Source: an uncultured Ignavibacteria bacterium
GTDB lineage: Bacteria; Bacteroidota; Ignavibacteria; UBA10030; SZUA-254
Direction: 5' to 3'
Length of the DNA: 64,000 bases
Assembly (NCBI GenBank): GCA_963724215.1
Contig: CAVRTZ010000026.1
Coordinates: forward strand, 11,960-75,959
This document shows positions 1-9,473 of this stretch, one piece after another; position 1 is the first letter of the stretch, and the number at the start of each line of letters is the position of its first letter. The notes under the pieces were generated by a model that worked only from the letters and a program-made list of their open reading frames with translations, searched no databases and was not told the DNA's origin. Made by a program: the position numbers and the translations under genes.

Positions 1-999
1 TTCGACCCCCGCGGCGATCGGGAATGTGAGGGCCACCCCGATGGCGCTGCCGATCCCGGCGATCACCATCGACTCGCCGCCGATCAGGCCGGCCAGGTGG
101 AAGGTGGAAAATCCGAGCGTCTTGAGGACGGCGAATTCGCGGAAGCGTTCCCTCGCCGTCATGATCATGGTGTTCGAGAGAACGAGGAGAATGATCCCGA
201 TGATCACCACGGAGACCAGGTTGATGGCCGTCAGGATCGCGCTCGACATCGACACGAAACTCTGCTGGAACTCCTTCTCCGATTGCGTCTTGGTCTCGGC
301 CGGGGAATTCGCGAAGAGCGCGTCGATCTCGGACGAAATCCGCGCCCGGTCGGAGGCGTCCCTGATGTCGACGATGTACCAGCCCACCCTCCCGGCGCGG
401 GCCGGCTGGGTCTGGAGCATGGTCTGGTCGAGGTATTCCCAGTTGAACAGCATCTGGGTCTCGTCGGTGCCTTTGTCACGGCCGCGGTAGATTCCCACGA
501 CCTTCATCTCCCAGTGGCCCGGGTAGATGTCCCCCTCGATCGGCATGATGTCGCCGACCTTCAGGTTGTATTTTTCGGCGATGCTCCTGCCGATGATGGC
601 GCCGTTGCGCTGCTTCGCGAGTTCGGCGACCGCCGCGTCGTCGACGATGAACTCGGGGTAGACCTTGAAGATCGTCGCCGGGTCGACCGCGAGGCGGGCG
701 AAGAAGTTGGTCTCGTCGATGTAGATGCCCGAGAACCAGTTCGCCCAGGAGACCGTCTCGACGCCGGGGAGCTTCTCGATCCTCGCTTTGTAGGAGAGCG
801 GGAGCGGATAGATGAACGACACGGAGTGCACCACGATGAGCCTGTCGGAAGCGGACGCCGCGACCCCGGCGTTCCACGCCGAGACCACCGTCTGCATCAG
901 GCCGAACGCGAGCACCGCGATCGTGATCCCGAGGATCGTCAGGAGCGACCGGAGCTTGTGCCGGAGGAGGTTTTTTTGTATCAGCAGGAGAATGAACAT
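1..999 (-). CDS. ABC transporter permease, FtsX/MacB-like (3' end runs off the window start)
   Basis: Missing from the ORF track because it has no stop inside the window. Reverse translation from the ATG at 999-997 gives MFILLLIQKNLLRHKLRSLLTILGITIAVLAFGLMQ... and stays open to base 1 (...LKTLGFSTFHLAGLIGGESMVIAGIGSAIGVALTFPIAAGVE). It shows an N-terminal TM helix, a large loop and an FtsX-type C-terminal TM region. It starts 10 nt downstream of the ABC ATPase gene. Confidence 0.75.
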   Translation of the reverse strand, partial: MFILLLIQKNLLRHKLRSLLTILGITIAVLAFGLMQTVVSAWNAGVAASASDRLIVVHSVSFIYPLPLSYKARIEKLPGVETVSWANWFSGIYIDETNFFARLAVDPATIFKVYPEFIVDDAAVAELAKQRNGAIIGRSIAEKYNLKVGDIMPIEGDIYPGHWEMKVVGIYRGRDKGTDETQMLFNWEYLDQTMLQTQPARAGRVGWYIVDIRDASDRARISSEIDALFANSPAETKTQSEKEFQQSFVSMSSAILTAINLVSVVIIGIILLVLSNTMIMTARERFREFAVLKTLGFSTFHLAGLIGGESMVIAGIGSAIGVALTFPIAAGVE

Positions 1000-1009
1000 G
1001 GCCCGGCCC

Positions 1010-1678
1010 CTACGAGAGTTCGCCCTTGTCGAGGTGACGCGTGGTGTGGGCCTTTTCAGCGGCCCTCGGGTCGTGCGTCACCATGATGATCGTCTTCTGG
1101 AATTCCTGGTTGAGCCGTTCGAGGAGGTTCATGATCTCCTCGGCGGAGACCTTGTCCAGGTCCCCGGTCGGTTCGTCCGCGACGAGGAGCGTGGGATCGG
1201 TCACGATCGCCCGGGCGATCGCGACGCGCTGTTCCTGCCCGCCCGAGAGCTGGCGCGGGAAGTGATGGACCCTGTCGCCGAGCCCGACCACGTTCAGCGC
1301 AAACCCGGCGCGCTCGTGGCGCTCCTTCTTCGTCATTTTGGTGAGAAGCAGCGGGAGTGTGACGTTCTCGAGGGCGGTGAGCACCGGCATCAGGTTGTAG
1401 AACTGGAAGACGAAGCCGACGTTCCGCGAGCGCCAGACGGCGAGGTCCGATTCGTTGAGCGTGGTGATGTCGGTCCCGTCGATCACCACCGACCCGCCGG
1501 ACGGACGGTCGATGCCGGCGACCAGGTTCAGGATCGTGGTTTTTCCGGATCCGGAGGGGCCCATCAGGGCGAGGAACTCCCCCTTCGGGATTTCGAACGA
1601 GATGTTCCTCAACACCGGAATCTCGAGCGAGTCCCTCCAGTAGGATTTCGTAATATTATTGATCGATACGAGCGACAT
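1010..1678 (-). CDS. ABC transporter ATP-binding protein (MacB/LolD-like)
   Basis: 222-aa ORF with Walker [12 protein letters not shown] signature LSGGQEQR and Walker [13 protein letters not shown]. It lies between an adaptor gene and a permease gene. Confidence 0.9.
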   Translation of the reverse strand: MSLVSINNITKSYWRDSLEIPVLRNISFEIPKGEFLALMGPSGSGKTTILNLVAGIDRPSGGSVVIDGTDITTLNESDLAVWRSRNVGFVFQFYNLMPVLTALENVTLPLLLTKMTKKERHERAGFALNVVGLGDRVHHFPRQLSGGQEQRVAIARAIVTDPTLLVADEPTGDLDKVSAEEIMNLLERLNQEFQKTIIMVTHDPRAAEKAHTTRHLDKGELS

Positions 1679-1718
1679 GGTGGTCCTCTGCGTTACGTCT
1701 TGTGGGTCCGGGCCGCCG

Positions 1719-2915
1719 TCATTCCTTCGGACGGACCTGGCTGCCGGTGGAAAGTTTTTCGGGGGGATTCACCACGACCTTCGTCCCCTGTGTGAGTCCT
1801 GCGGTGATTTCGATCATCGTGCCGAGCGTTCCGCCGGTCCGGACCGCGGTCAGGGTCGCGGTCGTCCCGTCCACAACGAAGACCGCCGGGCCGTCGGGCG
1901 TCTTCACCACCGCCCTCGCGTCGACCGCCAGCAGGCTGGCGGTCGAGGCGGCCGCATCGCCGGGGGCCTCGCTGAGGAAATGCGCCTTCGCGCCCATCTC
2001 CGGCAGGACCCGGTCGTCCTTTTCCAGGAAACGGATCTTCGTCATCACCGTCGCCTTGGCGCGGTCGGCCGTGGGCACGATCTTCTCGACGACCCCCCTG
2101 TACCGGCGTTCGGGGTACGCGTCGAGGGTCACCTCGACCGGCTGACGGATCGAGACGTTCGTGATGTTCGACTCCGAGACGTCCGCCTCGACCTGGAGCG
2201 AGCCCATGTCGGCGATCGTCACCACGGCCACCCGCGAGCTCGCACCCGCGGCGAACGGGGCGACGACCTCGCCGACGTCGGCGTTCTTCGTGAGGACGGT
2301 CCCGTCGAACGGGGCGCGTATGTTCGTGTTCTCGAGCGCCACTTCGGCCGAGGTCACGGACGCCTCCCGCGAGCGGACGCTCGCCTGGACCGACTGGTAG
2401 CGCGATTCGGCGGCGTCGAATTCCGCCTGCGAGATCAGGCCGCGTTTGATCAGGGTGTCGGAACGTTCGTAGATCCGCCGTGCGTCGAACAGGGAGGCCG
2501 TGGCGACGGCGAGTTCCGCCCTCGCCTGCTCGAGCGAGGCTTCGACGTCGGCGCTCTCGATTTTCGCGATGATGTCGCCCCGCCGCACCTTGTCCCCCTC
2601 CCTGAAATAGAGGGCGACGATGCGGCCCGTGGCTTTCGAGGCGACGGCCGCTTTTCGCTGGGCGACCACGTAACCGCTGGCCGTCAGGACCGTCCTGTTC
2701 AGCGACGGGGAAATATACGATGCCGTGGCGATTTCGACCGTTTCCGGTTCATCGGTGAAGGAGCGGACGAGGAAGAGAATGGCCAGGACGATCACGACCG
2801 CGCCGACCGAGTAGAGGAGCACGGCCGTGCGGATGCCCGGTTTCGGTGGCCTGCCGGCCGGTTCCTCTCGCGTGATGCGCAGTTTGGAGAGATCTGCCTC
2901 TCTCTGGTCGGACAT
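1719..2915 (-). CDS. Efflux transporter periplasmic adaptor subunit (HlyD/MacA family)
   Basis: 398-aa ORF with an N-terminal TM anchor, coiled-coil hairpin segments (EASLEQARAELAVA..., AEFDAAESRYQSVQASV) and a beta-barrel C-terminus. It is the first gene of the adaptor-ATPase-permease operon. Confidence 0.8.
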   Translation of the reverse strand: MSDQREADLSKLRITREEPAGRPPKPGIRTAVLLYSVGAVVIVLAILFLVRSFTDEPETVEIATASYISPSLNRTVLTASGYVVAQRKAAVASKATGRIVALYFREGDKVRRGDIIAKIESADVEASLEQARAELAVATASLFDARRIYERSDTLIKRGLISQAEFDAAESRYQSVQASVRSREASVTSAEVALENTNIRAPFDGTVLTKNADVGEVVAPFAAGASSRVAVVTIADMGSLQVEADVSESNITNVSIRQPVEVTLDAYPERRYRGVVEKIVPTADRAKATVMTKIRFLEKDDRVLPEMGAKAHFLSEAPGDAAASTASLLAVDARAVVKTPDGPAVFVVDGTTATLTAVRTGGTLGTMIEITAGLTQGTKVVVNPPEKLSTGSQVRPKE

Positions 2916-3039
2916 CGGGATCGTGGTTTCTGAAAAGTTGATCCAAGGTATGAAAAACCCGAAAGGAATCCAAATAACAACGGTTTCGGGAGGCCGGCAT
3001 TTTGGATTTCAGGTCGACTTTTCGCTTATTTCCCGGCGT

Positions 3040-4056
3040 ATGAATGTCCTCGGCATTGAATCTTCGTGCGATGAAACATCCGCGGCCGTCATTTCCGACG
3101 GCCGGCTCCGTTCCAACATCGTCTCGTCTCAAATCGACCACCTCCGGTTCGGAGGGGTGGTCCCGGAGCTCGCGTCCCGGGCACACCTCCGGCTGATCGT
3201 CCCCGTCGTGGAACAGGCCCTTTCCGTCGCGGGCGTGGACCGTGCGGAGATCTCCGGGGTGGCGGTGACGACCGGACCGGGCCTGATGGGGTCGCTGATG
3301 GTCGGCGTGAATTTCGCGAAGTCGCTGGCGTACGGACTCGGAATTCCCTGCGTGGGGGTCAACCACATGGAGGGCCACATTTACGCCAATTTCCTGGAAG
3401 AGCCTTCGCCGTCGTATCCGTTCCTCTGCCTCACGGTCTCCGGCGGCCATACGCAGCTCGTCCTGGTCGGGGAGGAGTTCCGCCACACCATCCTCGGTGA
3501 GACGCTCGACGACGCCGCGGGCGAAGCGTTCGACAAGGTCGCGAAGATGCTCGGACTCCCGTTCCCGGGGGGACCGGCCATCGAACGGCTCGGGCGGGAG
3601 GGCAACCCCTCCTTCGTCGCGTTTCCCCGGTCCATGGCCGGCGACGGGACGCTGAACTTCAGTTTCAGCGGCGTCAAAACCGCCGTCCTCTACTGGCTGA
3701 GGGACCACCAGCGGCCTGATCCGGCCACCCCCGCCGGGAGGCGGCTCCTTGCGGACCTCTGCGCAAGCTTCCAGGCCGCCGTGATCGACGTCCTGGTGAT
3801 GAAAACCGTTTCGGCCCTGGAGCGCACGGGCGTCCGCGACGTCGCGGTGGCCGGGGGCGTCTCGGCGAATGGGGAGCTGCGGCGAAGGATGCAGGCCGCC
3901 GCCGACCGGCACGGTTTTTCGCTCCACATCCCCCGCCTGGAATTCTGCACCGACAACGCGGCGATGATCGCCCTTACCGGGTACCGGAAGCTGCTCGCCG
4001 GCGCCGCGTCGCCCTACGGCCTGCAGGCCGACCCCAACCTCCTCATGACGGCGTGA
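3040..4056 (+). CDS. tsaD: tRNA N6-adenosine threonylcarbamoyltransferase TsaD
   Basis: Translation from the ATG at 3040 reads MNVLGIESSCDETSAAV...GPGLMGSLMVGVNFAKSLA...VNHMEGH, the typical Kae1/TsaD signature. The upstream part of track ORF 2827-4056 is non-coding leader. Confidence 0.9.
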   Translation: MNVLGIESSCDETSAAVISDGRLRSNIVSSQIDHLRFGGVVPELASRAHLRLIVPVVEQALSVAGVDRAEISGVAVTTGPGLMGSLMVGVNFAKSLAYGLGIPCVGVNHMEGHIYANFLEEPSPSYPFLCLTVSGGHTQLVLVGEEFRHTILGETLDDAAGEAFDKVAKMLGLPFPGGPAIERLGREGNPSFVAFPRSMAGDGTLNFSFSGVKTAVLYWLRDHQRPDPATPAGRRLLADLCASFQAAVIDVLVMKTVSALERTGVRDVAVAGGVSANGELRRRMQAAADRHGFSLHIPRLEFCTDNAAMIALTGYRKLLAGAASPYGLQADPNLLMTA

Positions 4057-4063
4057 CCTGACG

Positions 4064-5191
4064 ATGGTCGCGCGCAGGAGACAGGCGGGGCCGGGCGGGA
4101 GGTCGGTCCGAGGGCGGTTCGCGTGGTCGCTCACGATCCTGATCGTCCTCGCGCTCGGCGGGCTCTATGTCATTCTCTGGGCGCCGAACACGTTCGACGG
4201 CGACAGGATCATCACCGTGTCGAAGGGGGACCCCTTCCGGCAGATCGAGGACACCCTCGTCACCTCGGGCGTCGTGCGGAACAGGCTGCTCTTCAACCTC
4301 GCGGGCCGGATCCTGGGCTCCACGAGGAAAATGCAGATCGGCCGCTACCGGTTCCGCTCCGGGATGTCCAACAGCCGCATCCTCGAGGACCTCGAGTTCG
4401 GGAAATCGGTCGAGCTCGTCACCATCGTGGTCCCGGAGGGGTTCAGGGCCCGCCGCGTCGCGGCGCTCTTCGGGAGGAACCTCGGCCTCGACACGGCACT
4501 GTTCATGGGGCTCGTCCATGACACGACGTTCATCCGCAAGGTCGGACTCGACGCGCCGACGCTCGAGGGATACCTGTTGCCGAGCACCTATAAATTTTAC
4601 TGGCAGGAATCGGAAGAGACGGTGCTGGCGACGATGGCGGGCGCGTTCACAGTCTTCTTCGACGACAGCCTGCGCGCCGCGGCGCGGCACCGCGGGATGA
4701 GCGTCCACCAGGTCCAGACACTCGCGTCGATCATCGAGGCCGAGACGTCGATCGATTCCGAACGGACGAGGATATCCGGGGTGTATTCGAACCGGCTCCG
4801 GAAAAAAATGCGCCTCCAGGCGGACCCGACTGTGCAGTATATCCTCGAGGACGGGCCGAGGCGGCTCAACTATTCCGATCTGCAACGGCAGTCGCCCTAC
4901 AATACCTACCGGAATTCGGGGCTTCCCCCGGGCCCGATCAACAACCCCGGGAAGGCCTCGATCCTGGCGGCGGTCCGCCCGGAACGGCACGGATATTATT
5001 TTTTCGTCGCGAACGGGGAGGGGGGGCATTCATTCTCAAGGACATACGCCGAGCACCTTCGCGCGGTCAGAAAATTCCAGCGAAAGCGGGCCGCGGCAGC
5101 GCGGGCACGGATTGAAATAGACACACTCCCCGTACCCGCCGCCGGGGCGGACAGCCTCCGCGGAGAGGGGGTGCGGGGCAATGGCCGATGA
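4064..5191 (+). CDS. mltG: Endolytic murein transglycosylase MltG (YceG family)
   Basis: 375-aa ORF with an N-terminal TM anchor and YceG motifs LEGYLLPSTY, LASIIEAE, ADPTVQY, SPYNTYRNSGLPPGPINNPG. Confidence 0.85.
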   Translation: MVARRRQAGPGGRSVRGRFAWSLTILIVLALGGLYVILWAPNTFDGDRIITVSKGDPFRQIEDTLVTSGVVRNRLLFNLAGRILGSTRKMQIGRYRFRSGMSNSRILEDLEFGKSVELVTIVVPEGFRARRVAALFGRNLGLDTALFMGLVHDTTFIRKVGLDAPTLEGYLLPSTYKFYWQESEETVLATMAGAFTVFFDDSLRAAARHRGMSVHQVQTLASIIEAETSIDSERTRISGVYSNRLRKKMRLQADPTVQYILEDGPRRLNYSDLQRQSPYNTYRNSGLPPGPINNPGKASILAAVRPERHGYYFFVANGEGGHSFSRTYAEHLRAVRKFQRKRAAAARARIEIDTLPVPAAGADSLRGEGVRGNGR

Positions 5192-6893
5192 CCGCCGCCG
5201 CGTCGCCGCCGTAATCGTCCCGTTCGCGGCCGGACTGCTCTCATTGGCCGGCTGCGCCTCCCAGGGCGCTCCCGCCGGCGGCCCGCCCGACAAGGAGCCG
5301 CCGGTCGTCCTGAATTCCATGCCGGAAGCCGGCGCGCTGCGGTACCGCGAGACGCGGTTGGTCCTGGAATTTTCGGAGGACCTCGACCGCCGGTCGTTCC
5401 AGGAATCGGTCTTCCTCTCGCCCTCGCCGGGCGCCCTCACGTACGACTGGAGCGGCAGCGAAGTGGAAATCTCCTTCGCCGAATCGCTGCGGGAAAACAC
5501 CACCTACATCCTCACCGTCGGCACCGACACGAAGGACGCCAGGACCAACGCGCTCGCCGAGACATTCAACCTGCCCTTTTCGACGGGCGAAACGATCGAC
5601 AGCTGCGGCGTGGAAGGCCGGGTCTACGACACCGAGCCGGGAGGGATCATGGTGTTCGCGTACGCGGTGGGGGGCGGCCGCGGCGATACGTTGAACCCCG
5701 CCGCCGTGAGGCCCGATTACCTGACGCAGACCGGCGTGGACGGACGATTCACTCTCCGGAACATGAAGGAGGGCCTGTACCGGGTGATGGCCCTCCGGGA
5801 TCTGTTCAAGAACCTCCTGTACAACATGCAGAGCGAGAGCGCAGGCCTCGCCCCGGCCGACGTCGCGCTGGGGGGCGAACGGAGGGTGCTCCGGGGTGTC
5901 GGACTTCGCCTCGCGGCGGAAGACACGCTGCGCCCCTTCCTTTCGGGCGTCAGGCCGAGGGACCGGTCGTCGATCCTCCTCCGGTTCAACGAGCCGCTCG
6001 ACCCGGCATCCCCGCCGGCAGTCGTCGCGGTCACCGACACCTCGGACGGGGCCCCTCTCGGGGTCGTCGGTGTCGCCCCTTCCGACACGAGCGGGCGCGA
6101 TTTCCTCGTCATCACCGCGCCGCAAGGTTCCGGATCGGTCTACAGACTGATACTGCAGCCGTTCACCGATCTGCGGGGAAACCGGTCCGATTCCTCGGGG
6201 ATGTACGGCCTCTTCACGGCGTCTCCGGAGCCGGACACACTGCCGCCCGAGGTCACGATGAGCATCCCCCGCGACAGCGTCACCGGACTCCTGCCCGGCG
6301 ATACGCTCCGGATCGGTTTCAACGAACCGGTCGACACCGCATCGTTCGCGCGCGGGTTCGCCGTGCTCCGGGCCGATCGTTCGACGTTCAGGGGGACCCT
6401 CCGCTGGCATGGTCCGATGATGGCCGATTTCCTTCCCGACGAACCCTTCGCCGCCGGGGCATGGTACGCGGTGTCCGCCCGTCTCGATTCGGTCCGGGAC
6501 CTCGCGGGGAACGTTCCGCGCGATACCCTCGTGGCGCGGCGGTTCAGGATGCGGGAGGAAAAACAGCTCGGGAGCATCGCCGGGAATGTCGACGTGCTCC
6601 ATGGCGCCGGGGCCGGCGCGGGGAGGATATTTGTCGAAGCGAGGGGACTCTCGGGGAGCGACGCCAGGCGTCTGCAGACCGGCGTGGATTCGGCGGGGGC
6701 ATTTATCTTCGACCGCCTCCCGGAAGGGCTCTATACGCTCTCGGCCTTCGTCGACCGCAACGGGAACGGCGTTCACGATTGCGGAATCCCGTACCCGCCC
6801 CGGTTCGCCGAGCCGTTCGGAGTCTACGCGGACACACTGAAGGTGCGGCCGAAGTGGCCGATCGAGGGCGTGAGCATCGGCATCGGGAATTGA
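5181..6893 (+). CDS. Lipoprotein with Ig-like (SbsA/Big_5-type) domains and a carboxypeptidase-regulatory-like C-terminus
   Basis: 570-aa ORF with signal peptide and lipobox LSLAGC. It has repeated segments of the form DxxPPxV...P(E/R)...I.(L/I).F(S/N)EP(L/V)D. The C-terminal beta-sandwich-like segment includes FIFDRLPEGLYTLSAFVDRNGNG. Function unknown. Confidence 0.55.
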   Translation: MADDRRRVAAVIVPFAAGLLSLAGCASQGAPAGGPPDKEPPVVLNSMPEAGALRYRETRLVLEFSEDLDRRSFQESVFLSPSPGALTYDWSGSEVEISFAESLRENTTYILTVGTDTKDARTNALAETFNLPFSTGETIDSCGVEGRVYDTEPGGIMVFAYAVGGGRGDTLNPAAVRPDYLTQTGVDGRFTLRNMKEGLYRVMALRDLFKNLLYNMQSESAGLAPADVALGGERRVLRGVGLRLAAEDTLRPFLSGVRPRDRSSILLRFNEPLDPASPPAVVAVTDTSDGAPLGVVGVAPSDTSGRDFLVITAPQGSGSVYRLILQPFTDLRGNRSDSSGMYGLFTASPEPDTLPPEVTMSIPRDSVTGLLPGDTLRIGFNEPVDTASFARGFAVLRADRSTFRGTLRWHGPMMADFLPDEPFAAGAWYAVSARLDSVRDLAGNVPRDTLVARRFRMREEKQLGSIAGNVDVLHGAGAGAGRIFVEARGLSGSDARRLQTGVDSAGAFIFDRLPEGLYTLSAFVDRNGNGVHDCGIPYPPRFAEPFGVYADTLKVRPKWPIEGVSIGIGN

Positions 6894-6908
6894 CTCCCCG
6901 CCCCGCGC

Positions 6909-7466
6909 TCAGCGGGGCGGAACCGCGACGTCCGTGGAGTCGGGAGTGGGGTGAGCGGGCTTCGGGGGTGGATTTCGCACGACCCGGTCGGGGACGATCC
7001 AGGCGTCGGGAAAACCGTGGCGCCTCAACCGATCGAGCATCTCCCCGGCGGCGAACCGGTCCGCGAAATTTCCGACACGGATTTTATAGTACGGCGGGTG
7101 GTAGACCACGTAGACCCATTCCTTCTCCAGCGCCACCGAGAGAGAATCCTTCAGGCCGTTCGCCCCATCGATGTCGCCGGTGATCGAGACCTGGACCCTG
7201 AACCCGGGGATCGTGTCGGGTTCCGCGACCCCGGCGGAGTCCACTCCGGCGTCGCCCGCTCCCGCTGCCGTTTGCCCCGCCAGCGTATCCACTTCCCACG
7301 TCTCGACGCCGTAATCGCCCGGATGAAACGTCGATTCTGCCTGGGTGATATACACCGGGAATTCGCCGGTCGACGAGGTCCCGCCGCGGGGGGCCGGGTC
7401 CGATCCTCCGCATCCCGCTGCGCTGACGATGAGCGCGACCCCTGCGAGTACGGCCCGGGTGCTCAT
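6909..7466 (-). CDS. SPOR domain-containing lipoprotein
   Basis: 185-aa ORF with lipobox VSAAGC. The C-terminal part is SPOR-like (GFRVQV...YYKIRVGNFADRFAAGEMLDRLRRHGFPDAWIV). Confidence 0.6.
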   Translation of the reverse strand: MSTRAVLAGVALIVSAAGCGGSDPAPRGGTSSTGEFPVYITQAESTFHPGDYGVETWEVDTLAGQTAAGAGDAGVDSAGVAEPDTIPGFRVQVSITGDIDGANGLKDSLSVALEKEWVYVVYHPPYYKIRVGNFADRFAAGEMLDRLRRHGFPDAWIVPDRVVRNPPPKPAHPTPDSTDVAVPPR

Positions 7467-7942
7467 TTTGCGAGGTCCGAAACCCAGGCGTCCATGTAGT
7501 CGTCGGGGAACTGCCTGACGATCGTGTCGCGGAAGGCGCGCGCCTCGTCCTTCGTGTCGAAGATACCGAGCATCACCTTGTAGAGTCCGTCGGTGTCGTT
7601 GAACACCGTGTACACGTCCTTCGTGAAGCGTGACCGTGTGAGTGCGGCGATCTTCTGCGCGCCATCCTCCGACTGGAACGCGCCAAGCTGCACTGTGAAT
7701 TTCCCCGGGGGAAATTCAGGGGTCGTCCGGGGGTTCGTCCCGCCACCGGGCTGGATTTCCGACGGCGTGGACGTGTTGTCCCCCACGGAGCCGCCGCCCG
7801 AACCGGAGCACCCGGCGACCGCGAAGATCAGGAGGGGCAGCGCGAGCGCCGCCAGGCGAACCGGAAACGTCCTGCGGCGCGCGGCGATCGGTCGGATCGG
7901 ATGTCGTTTCATCGGGCGGTCCTTCCCTGAACGAGAGGTCAT
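7463..7942 (-). CDS. SPOR domain-containing lipoprotein
   Basis: 159-aa ORF with lipobox AVAGC and a SPOR motif FTVQLGAFQSEDGAQKIA...LYKVMLGIFDTKDEARAFRD. It overlaps both neighbouring genes by 4 nt. Confidence 0.65.
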   Translation of the reverse strand: MTSRSGKDRPMKRHPIRPIAARRRTFPVRLAALALPLLIFAVAGCSGSGGGSVGDNTSTPSEIQPGGGTNPRTTPEFPPGKFTVQLGAFQSEDGAQKIAALTRSRFTKDVYTVFNDTDGLYKVMLGIFDTKDEARAFRDTIVRQFPDDYMDAWVSDLAK

Positions 7943-9381
7943 TTCATCAGCACCAATTTTTTCATGTCGGAAAAGTTTCCCGCGGTCATACGGTAGAAGT
8001 ACACGCCGGTGGGGAGGCCCGAGCAGTCGACGACGGCGTCGTGCCGGCCGGCCTCCATCACTCCATCGAGCAGCGTCATGACCGTTTGTCCCAGTGAATT
8101 CGTGAGGACGATCCGGACCGGGGAGGCAGCCGGAAGATCGAAGCGCACGCTGGTGGCCGGGTTGAACGGGTTCGGATAATTCTGGTAGAGCCGGTACCCG
8201 GAAGGCAGGGAGTTCGCGGCGTCGTCGCGCAGCCCGGCTGCGAGCGAGACGAGGCCGGCCCGATCGAGAAGGACCGGGCTCGTTCCGGTCAGTTCATGCA
8301 CGCGTTCTCCATCGGCGGAGAGCAGGGCGAGGGACACCGACAGCCCTTCGACGTTCCCCGAATAGTGGACCTCCAATGGCCAGACCGCGCCGGTCAGCGC
8401 GATGTTCGCGCTCCGTCGCGCAATCCCACCGGCCCCGAATGTCTCCAGGATTCTCTGGCTCGCATACCTCACGTCGAAGACCCCGCCGGGAGGGGGCGGG
8501 GGGAGCTCGTAGTCGGACGGACGGATATCGGGAGTCTCCGCAGCGAGGAATATCTGCCTGGTCTGTCCGGACGCATCCCGGAACGTGATCGTTCCCGCCC
8601 TTTCGGGGAGGGGGACCGCCGTTCCGACGGGTCCTTCGCAATGAATAGTTTCACCTGCGGACGGCGATGAGATCGACGGAGGGATCATCAGCGATCCTGA
8701 ACGGAGGACGAGGGCTCCGGGCTGGCTCATCTTCACCCAGTATGCCCGGCCGGGCTCGAGCGTATCGGTTGAGGCGTAACCGAACCCGCCGATGAACGCG
8801 AAGTACGAGCTCAGGACGCTTACCCCTCCGAGAGGAACCACCTCGGTGGTGAGCGATGGATAGGAGAGCGACCCGATGAGGTTCCAGCCCGCGTTGACCG
8901 GGATCGTGTCGAGGGTCACCCCGGACCCGGTGAACGGGACCATCTCGACGTCCGGAAACTTCGCCCAAAATCCGACTCCCGGCAGAAGTGTGTCTTCCGG
9001 ACCATATCCAACCGGTGGGGGGAGGTAGACGAACGCCGACGAGATGGCCGTCGGGAGGAGGCTCGTCTTCCGCGGATCGGGTGACAGCAGAGGGATGGAG
9101 AGCATGTTCCAGGCCGCCTGGACCTTGATCCCGGTCGTCATGGTGACGCCGCTGCCCGCCCTGAGCGGCGGAATGGCACCCCCCTCGAGCGCCATCCCGG
9201 TGTCCGCGTCGGTCGTCACGCCCGCCGCCGCCTGACCGACGGATCCGAGCAGCGTATAGCCGCCACCGGCCGACGTGCCGCCCCCGCCATCGACGCCGGA
9301 AACGGGGTGAAGGAGCGCCTGGGTGTATCCGGCGCTGGACGACGAGAGTGCGAGAACGCCAAGCAGTGCGATCATTCTCAT
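7939..9381 (-). CDS. T9SS C-terminal sorting domain protein, the 'cassette-only' member of a three-gene family in this window
   Basis: The track ORF runs to 9477, but a signal peptide starts at the internal ATG 9381 (MRMIALLGVLALSSSSAGYTQA). The C-terminus YQNYPNPFNPATSVRFDLP...GVYFYRMTAGNFSDMKKLVLMK is a Por-secretion tail. The body carries the WNMLSIPL / GFWAKF / GWNLIG / PGRAYWVK module. Confidence 0.7.
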   Translation of the reverse strand: MRMIALLGVLALSSSSAGYTQALLHPVSGVDGGGGTSAGGGYTLLGSVGQAAAGVTTDADTGMALEGGAIPPLRAGSGVTMTTGIKVQAAWNMLSIPLLSPDPRKTSLLPTAISSAFVYLPPPVGYGPEDTLLPGVGFWAKFPDVEMVPFTGSGVTLDTIPVNAGWNLIGSLSYPSLTTEVVPLGGVSVLSSYFAFIGGFGYASTDTLEPGRAYWVKMSQPGALVLRSGSLMIPPSISSPSAGETIHCEGPVGTAVPLPERAGTITFRDASGQTRQIFLAAETPDIRPSDYELPPPPPGGVFDVRYASQRILETFGAGGIARRSANIALTGAVWPLEVHYSGNVEGLSVSLALLSADGERVHELTGTSPVLLDRAGLVSLAAGLRDDAANSLPSGYRLYQNYPNPFNPATSVRFDLPAASPVRIVLTNSLGQTVMTLLDGVMEAGRHDAVVDCSGLPTGVYFYRMTAGNFSDMKKLVLMK

Positions 9382-9473
9382 GCGATGATCCCCTCGATGT
9401 GTGGTGACGGTCCGTCCCGCGCGGGCAGCCCGGTATGGGGTGCCGGCGTCATGTCGAAGGCGGTTCATGGCGA

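Noticed and set aside
6898-6920. GC-rich hairpins between or after genes without a U-tract. One is CCGCCCCGC/GCGGGGCGG at 6898-6920. Another is GCAATGGGGA/TCCCCATTGC at 52035-52058, after the DUF2723 gene.
   Set aside because: The stems are clear, but neither is followed by a T run. I therefore do not call them intrinsic terminators. They may be Rho-dependent pause sites, mRNA stabilisers or coincidental.
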